Positions 27,476 through 35,362 of a stretch of DNA of 53,987 bases are shown piece by piece (within the stretch, counting starts at the first letter, position 1; every line of letters starts with the position of its first letter). Both the position numbers and the translations under genes were made by a program. Under the pieces are notes generated by a model, which made no database searches, had not been told where the DNA came from, and was given only the letters and a program-made list of their open reading frames with translations. The stretch is from assembly GCA_043811375.1 (NCBI GenBank), contig JBDRNJ010000060.1, positions 1-53,987 on the forward strand, read 5' to 3'. This DNA comes from a bacterium (lineage in GTDB: Bacteria; Zixibacteria; MSB-5A5; GN15; FEB-12).

Positions 27476-30400
27476 TTAAGTGATCTGCTTGTCGAGGTCG
27501 GTCGGCAAAATGATAGTAAAGCGGGTCCCCTGACCGGGTTTACTTTCGGCGCGAATCCACCCCCGGTGGTCCTGAACGATCTGGTAGCAAATTGACAGAC
27601 CCAGACCGGTCCCGACACCAACCCCCTTGGTTGTAAACCCGGGATCAAATATCCGGGGCAGACTTTCTGCGGGGATACCCCGGCCGCTGTCTTTAATTAC
27701 CACGTGTACTCCGGCATCTTTCATGAATGTCGAGATCGTGATGACACCGGTATCTTCGATAGCCTGGCGGGCGTTGATCAGGATGTTGAGAAATACCTGG
27801 TTGAGCTGACCGGGGTAACAGGTGATCATAGGTATATCGCCATAGTTTCGCTCGATCGTGATGCGGTGCTTGATCTCGTGATGAATTAACGTCAGGGTGT
27901 CCTCCAACCCCTCGTGGATGTCGACCTTCTTAAGTTCAGCTTCGTCCAACCGGGCAAAGCTGCGGAGCCGGGTGACGATATTGGTTACGCGGCTGCTCCC
28001 TGATTCAATCACTCTGTTGGCATCCTCTATGACGGTCAGATACTCAAAAACCTTGTCTCTCAGCTTCGGGTCATCGCCACGGTGTTGCTCAACGACGGCT
28101 CGCAGCCTTTCGACGGCTCTCACCTGGGTATCGTGCATACTGTTTATGGCGCCCACCGGGGTATTGATCTCATGCGCCACGCCGGCTACCAGCATACCCA
28201 GCGAAGCCATCTTCTCCGACTGTACCAGTTGGGTCTGGGCGTCGCGCAGGTTGCGGTTGGCCTGCTTGAGGTCTTGCAGCACTTTTTTCATCTCGGTGAT
28301 GTCGTGAGCGACTCCGATAGCTTCGATGACATCGCCCTTTTCGTCCCGAATGATGGAAGAATTGGAGACAAACCAGCGCCAGCTACCGTCCCTGGCCCGG
28401 ATGCGGAACTCGTAGCCGGCGGGCAAACCCTCGTCTTGCGGCATTCCTGCTTCCACCCAAAGACGGGTGTTTCCCCGATCGTCGGGGTGCATGCCTTCAT
28501 ACACCAATTGTCCCAGGACTTCAGACACTTCAAAGCCGGTGGCTTTGGCAAACTGCGGCGACAGATAAGAGAAGCGACCATCGGGCGTCAGAGAAAAGAT
28601 AACTTCGGTGGCGTTCTCCACCAGCGAGCGAAATCTCTCTTCGCTGACCCGGAGCGCCGCTTCGAAGCGTTTGCTTTCAATGTAGGCGCCGATCATCTCG
28701 GCAGCTGTGCGCAAAAGTCGGATGTCCTCCTGTATGGCTTCCCGCTCGCATTTACAGTCATCGAAACCGATAAAACCGTACCACTTCCCCGCCACCGTGA
28801 TGGGAAGAGCCAGGATGGAGATGATACCCTGCTGAGCCAGGATCGCCCGTTCGCTCTCCGGGAGTGATGCCACCGAGCCGACAACCGCCTCTCCACGAGA
28901 CAACATGTCCCGCCAGCGCTCAAAACCTCCTCCGTAGGGAACGTGCTGCAACAGCTCATTGTCAATCTGCGGCTCTATGCCTTCAGCGCACACTTCGTGC
29001 GTCTGGCGCATACAGAGTCCGTCGATGTCGTCCTCGAAATTCTCGAATATATAAGCGCGGCTGGACCGCGAAGACGTCAGCAGATGTCCCAGTGCCTGGC
29101 GCAGAGCGCTGTCTTTGTCGTTTCCTTCCAGCAGCGCCCGCGAGCATTCCGCCAATCCCTCTTCGTAGCGCAACCGTCGAGCCAGGGTATCGCGAGCCGC
29201 CTTACTTTCCGTGATGTCATAAATACCGCCCATTATGACCTTCTCACCGGCCAACTCGGTTGCAATCAATGAGAAGATGGTCCAGATGACGCGACCATCG
29301 CGTTTTTTCAGGCGGACCTCAAAGTTACGAATCTGGCCGTCACGCTTCAGTGCCTGAAGCGCCTGTTTTCGATCATTGAGGTCGTAGTAGAAATCGGGTG
29401 AGAACTGACCCACGAGTTCTTCCTTGTCGTACCCAGCCAGTTTCCCGAGGTCGTCGTTGGCGTAAAGTATCATACCATCGCTCATACGTGTTATTATCAA
29501 CGGCACGGGTGAGACTTCCACTATCGTGCGCACTTGAGCTTCAGCTTCCTTGAGAGCTTCTCTGGCCCGCATCAGGTCACTGATATCAGTTACAAAATCC
29601 AGCAGAGCCGGCTCACCTTCCCAGTCAATACGGGTGGTCGTCCACTGGACCCAGCAAATCTCCCCTGATACGCAGATTATTCGCACCGGCGCGCTGACCG
29701 GAGTCTTGTGGTCACCGGCCAACTGACGGTCACAATCGACCACGGTCGAGCGATCATCAGGATGAATAAGTTCTATCCGGTTCCGGGAGGTCAGTTCGCT
29801 TTCGGAGTAACCGGTGATCCTGGTCATGCTCGGGCTGACGAAGTTGTAACGACCGTCCTGGCAGACACCGACGCCATCGGTGGCGTTTTCAAACAACACC
29901 TCATACTTGCGGCGGGCCGACTGCAACATACAGGTCCGGCGGTATACCCGCAGCCGCAGGACGACGATGTGCCAGATCAACATCAGGGCCACGACGACGG
30001 CCAAACCTATCAACACCGCCCGGACAACCCAGGCTGGTATTACCGGCTGCGGCATAAAGCGGCTAAAGATATCGTTGATATCATCTTCGTGGATCAGTTC
30101 AATACCGTAGTTGAGATCAATCAGTAACGCCCGGTTGCCCTCCTGTACGGCCGCACAGAACTTGCCCACAAAGAGAGTTTGCAGCGGCTCAAACTGTTCC
30201 CCCGCGCCGAGAGCCCGCAGGTAATACAGGGCGCACGGACGATCCATAGCGAAAGCATCGACTTCTCCCGCCGCTGCCGCCTGTGCCAGTTGTTGGAAAC
30301 CATCGTATATCTGCAGTCGTGCGGAAGGCACGTTGTCGGCCAGATAGTCCGCTGCCCGGTCACCACGAGTGACGCCAACCAGGCATGTTTCCAGTTCATC

Positions 30401-30844
30401 GATACGGTCGACCTCGAGCGACTTGCGGACATACAGGACCGTCTTCACCTCCAGAAACGCCTGGGAGAAATCCAGGACCGCATCCCGTTCGGCGGAATAG
30501 AAAATGCCGGGGATTACATCCGCCTGCCCTGACCGTACGAGTTCAATACACTCATGCCAGGAGTGTGGCTCAAAACGTACCGGTATACCGGTCCTGGCCG
30601 ACCATAGCTGCCAGTAGTCAACCAGTATCCCCTGCGAAGCGCCTCCGTCATCCACATAAAAGAACGGCGGATAGTCCTCTGAATGCGGTAGAACGATAGT
30701 GCCGGTGGTGTCCGCTGACGGTACCAGTGAATAACAGACCGATTCCCTGCCAATCCCTGCTGCGAGCAGCATTACACCCGACAGGGCCAGGATGCGGACG
30801 ATCTTTGCACAAGTCGTGTTTACTCTGGTTTTCCACATAGCCAA
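27476..30844 (-). CDS. Membrane sensor histidine kinase (SBP_bac_3 - TM - PAS - PAS - GAF - PAS - HisKA - HATPase)
   Basis: DYPPFFY..GILVDYW..ERDAVLDFS periplasmic binding domain, one TM, three PAS, GAF (WYGFIGFDD), AHEINTP and G-boxes. Confidence 0.94.
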   Translation of the reverse strand: MAMWKTRVNTTCAKIVRILALSGVMLLAAGIGRESVCYSLVPSADTTGTIVLPHSEDYPPFFYVDDGGASQGILVDYWQLWSARTGIPVRFEPHSWHECIELVRSGQADVIPGIFYSAERDAVLDFSQAFLEVKTVLYVRKSLEVDRIDELETCLVGVTRGDRAADYLADNVPSARLQIYDGFQQLAQAAAAGEVDAFAMDRPCALYYLRALGAGEQFEPLQTLFVGKFCAAVQEGNRALLIDLNYGIELIHEDDINDIFSRFMPQPVIPAWVVRAVLIGLAVVVALMLIWHIVVLRLRVYRRTCMLQSARRKYEVLFENATDGVGVCQDGRYNFVSPSMTRITGYSESELTSRNRIELIHPDDRSTVVDCDRQLAGDHKTPVSAPVRIICVSGEICWVQWTTTRIDWEGEPALLDFVTDISDLMRAREALKEAEAQVRTIVEVSPVPLIITRMSDGMILYANDDLGKLAGYDKEELVGQFSPDFYYDLNDRKQALQALKRDGQIRNFEVRLKKRDGRVIWTIFSLIATELAGEKVIMGGIYDITESKAARDTLARRLRYEEGLAECSRALLEGNDKDSALRQALGHLLTSSRSSRAYIFENFEDDIDGLCMRQTHEVCAEGIEPQIDNELLQHVPYGGGFERWRDMLSRGEAVVGSVASLPESERAILAQQGIISILALPITVAGKWYGFIGFDDCKCEREAIQEDIRLLRTAAEMIGAYIESKRFEAALRVSEERFRSLVENATEVIFSLTPDGRFSYLSPQFAKATGFEVSEVLGQLVYEGMHPDDRGNTRLWVEAGMPQDEGLPAGYEFRIRARDGSWRWFVSNSSIIRDEKGDVIEAIGVAHDITEMKKVLQDLKQANRNLRDAQTQLVQSEKMASLGMLVAGVAHEINTPVGAINSMHDTQVRAVERLRAVVEQHRGDDPKLRDKVFEYLTVIEDANRVIESGSSRVTNIVTRLRSFARLDEAELKKVDIHEGLEDTLTLIHHEIKHRITIERNYGDIPMITCYPGQLNQVFLNILINARQAIEDTGVITISTFMKDAGVHVVIKDSGRGIPAESLPRIFDPGFTTKGVGVGTGLGLSICYQIVQDHRGWIRAESKPGQGTRFTIILPTDLDKQIT

Positions 30845-31204
30845 TATTCCGACAAAAGGCGATCAAGACTGATCGACCCTGTCTGACACCATGAAGATAC
30901 CGTCGACGTCGGCATTTCAAAAGGATAATTACTGCGGCGGACAGGCCGACGAAACCGGTGGAAAAACTTTCTTTTGAAATGACACTGCTCTGATGATACT
31001 ACTCTTGTGCGCACGGGGGATCTGTTGCCGTACGTATCAGCGGCAAACTCCAGCGGGTATCGGAATGTCATGTTGCTGCGAAGTAGCCGGGTAGTTGGTT
31101 CCGGAATGCCAACTATCTGATGGTGCTGAGCCACACCTGTGTGGCTGATATCCGTAGTCTTGATCCGGACTGTATACTCTGTAGACAGATTAGGAGGGGA
31201 TCAC

Positions 31205-31352
31205 TGAACCTCCCCCTGTTTAGTGGACAACGAGAGAAGCCAGGCTATATTAGCTTAAGTAGGTGTTTTTGTAATGTCTAAGGAACCCCATCGTCGTTAG
31301 TATGATGGTGAGTTCAAGCGTGAATCTGTTCGACTGAGTTATGAGCCGGGCC
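31205..31352 (+). mobile_element. IS3-family left-end remnant
   Basis: TGAACCTCCCCCTGTTTAGTGGACA resembles an IS3 left inverted repeat. It is followed by an orfA start MSKEPHRR*YDGEFKRESVRLSYEPGR (ATG 31274, nonsense TAG 31298). Confidence 0.75.
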
Positions 31353-31435
31353 GTCCGGTCTCCAGCGGTGTCTACATCTACCGACTCAAAGCCAACGACT
31401 TCACCACCAGCAAGAAGATGCTGCTGCTGAAGTGA
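31349..31435 (+). pseudogene. Orphan 3' end of a T9SS-CTD/FlgD-Ig-type secreted protein gene
   Basis: GRPVSSGVYIYRLKANDFTTSKKMLLLK*, the classic end of a T9SS type A sorting domain. In frame with the IS3 orfA remnant. Confidence 0.8.
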
Positions 31436-31472
31436 GATTGATTGAGAGACGCGCCGAAGCCATATTTTTTAC

Positions 31473-31500
31473 TTGAATTAGCGGCATAATTCGTTATATT
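31473..31500 (+). promoter_or_regulatory. Possible sigma70 promoter for the secreted-protein locus
   Basis: TTGAAT-16 bp-TATATT in an AT-rich patch about 400 bp upstream of ATG 31897. Confidence 0.3.
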
Positions 31501-31896
31501 ACATCGTTATTGGTCTACGTGTGACTACCGTATTTTTTTCGGGGTATGCCGTGAGGGCTGTCCCCGGCAGCAGACCTGCCTCGTTCTAAAGACGAGAAAA
31601 GCGCCGGCGTCCCGCAAAATCTGCGACGCCAGGATACCATAATATCTGACCGGTTGGGCAATCGGCCGGACTGTTTGTTGGGTTCAGGGCAAAAATAGCA
31701 GGCTGCAGAAAATGAGGTCGCAAATCGTCAATTTGGTTAAGATTCATTTATCAGCACTTTGGGAGACAACTCGGACCAGGCAGTTTCGTATTTCTTATAG
31801 TAAAGTATCTTGTCCCCAGGTCAGGATCGCCGGTGAGTTGGCCTGGTCGGCTGGGAAAAACAATAAGAGTTTACAATTTTGTGAAAGGAGTAGCGG

Positions 31897-34800
31897 ATGG
31901 CAAGACGAATTTGTTCACTGACGATTCTCACGTTCCTGCTGATCGCTCTGGCAACCGCAACGGTTCTGGGCGCCAGATCGGCGGAGGAGGCGCGGAAAGT
32001 TGATCCGCGTCTGATCAAATCCGAGGTGTACTCATTTGCGGACCAGGGCTTACCGCCTTATGAGCAATCAAGCCTGGTTCGGGAGACTCAACGGACGCCG
32101 CTCGGGGGAGCTTCGATATCAGCCTCGCCGGGCGCCAAAATCGGCGATACCTGGTACGAATACCAACGCAACGGTTCCATGCGGCGGATGGTCACCTGGG
32201 GTACCCATGGTACTCCGGATACGCTGATCGTTCATATGAACTTCATGCACTCGCCGGATGCGACGGAGGCTGCTCCGGACCGCTGTTACTACTATTACAG
32301 TTGGAACGCGGCTGTGGGCGCCGAGGCCTGTAAGGGTCGGGTGCAGTCGATCACGACTAACGAAAAGGCCGGCTACGTGGTGATGGAAGTGACCAATGAC
32401 AACCGGGGTATCCCCGGAGGTCATTACACACCGGAGACCGGTGTGAGTCCGTATCGGACCGTGCCCTATTTCGATTTTGAGCCTGGTGGTTGCTTTTTCA
32501 CCGGTCACGAGATTCCGGTTGATTCCGGATGGTCATGTCAGTCAATCGACGACGCTGGCGCCGACAATGGCTTCTGCTGGCCGGCTATGGCCTGGCAGGA
32601 AGGTACCGACACTATCCTGCATGTGTTCGCGCAGGAATGGGCCAATGATATCAATCCCCAGGCGGTGGCCTATTTCAGGTGCGTCAATCCTGAAAATAGC
32701 GGCATCTGGCAGCACCGCTGTGTTGATACCGTCAACGTGCTGGCGGAAGAGATTGATTGCACCGATGCCGGTTTAGTGGTGATCGCCTGGATCGGCGGTA
32801 TCCCGTGCAAAGGTGATCCCTGCGATACCTGTTCCTGTCACGATCGCGATTATTCTCAATGGGATAATGACATATACTACCAGGTCTCAACCGATGGCGG
32901 TGCCAGCTGGCAGAACCGGGTCAACGTCACTCAGCATGAAGACGAGTGCGAGGGCGGCAACGATCCCTACCCGTACCGTCCCTATACCGACGTATCGGCA
33001 CTGATCACCTCCGACAACCAGATTCACCTGACCTGGGCCTCCCGTTACTGGCCGTCGGACGCCGCCTGTGGCGGCGATGCCGGACTGTATGCCGGCCGCC
33101 TGTTTCATTACTCACCCGCTCAGTGCGGTATTCGCACCGTACACGACGCCAACTGGGATCAGACTGAATGCTCACCCAACGCCTGGAACCTCAACGCCTG
33201 TAAATTGAGCGTGTCTGAATGCGACGGCCGGTTGTACACACTATTTGCTCAGTACAACGACATTCCCGGCGGTGTTGAGGACGACTGCGCTGTAGAGAGC
33301 AACCCCGGCTTCCCGGGCGGCGCTGCAAATGCCGATCTTTATCTGACGGTTTCGAATGACAGGGGTGTTACCTGGGACAAGGCCCGTAATCTGACCAACT
33401 CCTATACCCCGGCCTGCTCGCTGGATTGCGCCGATGAGACCTGGTCATCGATGGCCAGGTTCGGCACCAACTACAGCGGCGACTTCAGCGGCGCCAATAT
33501 CGTGGTTCCCGACAACTGCACCGACCCGCAGACATATTATCTCGACATCATGTATGTTGACGATAAGAGCGCCGGCGGCACCATTCAGGAACAGGGCTGG
33601 TGGGCCAACGCCGATGTCAGATGGATGCGCGTGCCCTGCTGCCCGCCTATCTCGGCACCGAGCCTGTCGTTGGATCCGCCCGAAATCGGCTATCCGACCT
33701 GGACCAAACATGGTGTCCAGTTGGATGTCGATGTCATCTGCGAAAATACCGGCAATGCCCCGTTGACCTTTACCAGTATAACGCTGACCCAGACCGATGG
33801 TCCCGGCGGCTCACTGACCAAGAGCGGCGACCCGGCCGCTATCCCGTCCGGTTGCGCCAACAAAGACACCATGACGGTGCATATCAATTCCGGCGGGACG
33901 GTCAACACTCCGGGTACGATCGTGTATCTGGCCGGTTACATCACATACTCTTCCAACGATCCTGATTCACCGAAGGACCTGCCGATCGAAGCCTGGGTGA
34001 CCGACACCCTGATCGCGCCAATCTATGACACAATCTCCACTTACTGTCTCAGCCTGGTTGTGGCCAACTCCGGTAACTTCGGTCATCAGGGCGAAGGCCG
34101 CACCAACATGGACTACTACGATGCCGGTGATTGCGACACGACTGCGGAGGTTTATGTATATGACGGGTCGCCGGTGATCGGCTATGTTCGCAACGGCAAC
34201 GACACGGTGGTCAATTTCTCGATCTTCGACGTGACCTACGTTGATACCAGCGCCCTCCGTCCGATTGGCGATCATACGCCTACTACGGACATGGGAGAGT
34301 ACGAGGTCTTTGAGAGCGGCGTCATTGTCACCAGTGACTCCCTGATCGCCATTGAGAAGATCTGGTATGCTCCCAGGACAAACCCGGACACTTGCAGCTT
34401 TGTTATTGAGTGCATCAAGGTGTACCTCTATGACACCCTGCGGACGCCGCCGACCGGCATTCGCATCGGAGAGGCGATTGACTTCGATATCCCGGCCGAT
34501 ACCGGATCGCGTAACCACTCCGGCTTCGACTACACGCATAACCTGATCTACCAGCAGGGTTCGGAGGAAGACGGCGAAGGCTGTCAGCCGAACGACACCC
34601 GCTGGGGCGGTATCGACTTCCTGATGGCCTACAAGAACGGAGTTCCGTACGACAGCACTCCTCATGGCGCCTATACCAAGGATAACGCGACCTACGTGTA
34701 TCCGGCAGGCGGTTTCGTTGAGGATTCGTTGTATAAGTACATGGCCAACAGTGGCTACGCTATTTCCGATTCCGACAATGTCGATTTACACGCGGTGATG

Positions 34801-35169
34801 ACATTCGACACGCTGGCAACCCTGTTGCCGGGCGACACCTATGTGTTCTATGTCGAGATCCTTACTCACTGGAACGGTGATTTGGCCTCTTTCCTTGAAG
34901 AGGTCGAGCAGAGTAAGAAGTTCTTCAACGATTACATCAGACCGGTGTCATCATCCTGCTGTAAGGTTAGAGGCGATGTTGACGGAACCGGCAGTATTGA
35001 CGTTGGTGATTTGACCTACCTGGTTGCTTATCTCTTCCAGGGTGGTGCTGCGCCGCCGTGCGATATCGAAGGCGATGTTGACGGAACCGGCAGTATTGAC
35101 GTTGGTGATCTGACCTACCTGGTAGCCTATCTGTTCCAGGGAGGTGCGGATCCTCCGCCATGCACCTAA
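31897..35169 (+). CDS. Large Cys-rich secreted protein with Asp-box (BNR) motifs and C-terminal paired dockerin-type repeats
   Basis: AAGGAG RBS, signal peptide, Asp-boxes STDGGASW and SNDRGVTW, an Ig-like ENTGNAPLT segment, and two GDVDGTGSIDVGDLTYLVAYLFQGG repeats. Confidence 0.88.
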   Translation: MARRICSLTILTFLLIALATATVLGARSAEEARKVDPRLIKSEVYSFADQGLPPYEQSSLVRETQRTPLGGASISASPGAKIGDTWYEYQRNGSMRRMVTWGTHGTPDTLIVHMNFMHSPDATEAAPDRCYYYYSWNAAVGAEACKGRVQSITTNEKAGYVVMEVTNDNRGIPGGHYTPETGVSPYRTVPYFDFEPGGCFFTGHEIPVDSGWSCQSIDDAGADNGFCWPAMAWQEGTDTILHVFAQEWANDINPQAVAYFRCVNPENSGIWQHRCVDTVNVLAEEIDCTDAGLVVIAWIGGIPCKGDPCDTCSCHDRDYSQWDNDIYYQVSTDGGASWQNRVNVTQHEDECEGGNDPYPYRPYTDVSALITSDNQIHLTWASRYWPSDAACGGDAGLYAGRLFHYSPAQCGIRTVHDANWDQTECSPNAWNLNACKLSVSECDGRLYTLFAQYNDIPGGVEDDCAVESNPGFPGGAANADLYLTVSNDRGVTWDKARNLTNSYTPACSLDCADETWSSMARFGTNYSGDFSGANIVVPDNCTDPQTYYLDIMYVDDKSAGGTIQEQGWWANADVRWMRVPCCPPISAPSLSLDPPEIGYPTWTKHGVQLDVDVICENTGNAPLTFTSITLTQTDGPGGSLTKSGDPAAIPSGCANKDTMTVHINSGGTVNTPGTIVYLAGYITYSSNDPDSPKDLPIEAWVTDTLIAPIYDTISTYCLSLVVANSGNFGHQGEGRTNMDYYDAGDCDTTAEVYVYDGSPVIGYVRNGNDTVVNFSIFDVTYVDTSALRPIGDHTPTTDMGEYEVFESGVIVTSDSLIAIEKIWYAPRTNPDTCSFVIECIKVYLYDTLRTPPTGIRIGEAIDFDIPADTGSRNHSGFDYTHNLIYQQGSEEDGEGCQPNDTRWGGIDFLMAYKNGVPYDSTPHGAYTKDNATYVYPAGGFVEDSLYKYMANSGYAISDSDNVDLHAVMTFDTLATLLPGDTYVFYVEILTHWNGDLASFLEEVEQSKKFFNDYIRPVSSSCCKVRGDVDGTGSIDVGDLTYLVAYLFQGGAAPPCDIEGDVDGTGSIDVGDLTYLVAYLFQGGADPPPCT
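34972..35147 (+). repeat. Tandem coding repeat of the dockerin-type tail (period 99 bp)
   Basis: GGCGATGTTGACGGAACCGGCAGTATTGACGTTGGTGAT... at 34972 and 35071. Differences over the first ~77 nt are synonymous. Confidence 0.9.
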
Positions 35170-35201
35170 TTAAGAGAACTCGCTGAGATATCTGACTATA
35201 C

Positions 35202-35232
35202 TCGGCCGCCCCTGCGTGTCAGGGGCGGCCGA
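35202..35232 (+). terminator. Strong hairpin after the dockerin-protein gene
   Basis: TCGGCCGCCCCTG-CGTGT-CAGGGGCGGCCGA, a 13-bp stem with a weak U-tail. Confidence 0.6.
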
Positions 35233-35362
35233 CACTGTTGCGGTCGACACATCTCAAGAGAGCATTACGAGCCGCTAAATATTAGGGGTTTAGAGAACTA
35301 CGACGGCTGTCGTATTGTTAAGAAGAAAGGACAATCACAATCTCTAACGTTGGAGAATAGGA

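Noticed and set aside
30820..31134. 104-aa minus-strand ORF upstream of the sensor kinase
   Set aside because: Overlaps the kinase start and has no recognisable motif or clear RBS; cannot be supported.
31479..31504. dif-like site (GCGGCATAA-TTCG-TTATATTACAT)
   Set aside because: The spacer between the arms is 4 bp rather than 6. The sequence is better explained as an AT-rich promoter region.
34972..35147. Direct repeats as a CRISPR array or DGR template/variable pair
   Set aside because: They are in-frame coding repeats with synonymous differences. There are no unique spacers, no adenine-specific changes, and no cas or reverse transcriptase gene in the window.
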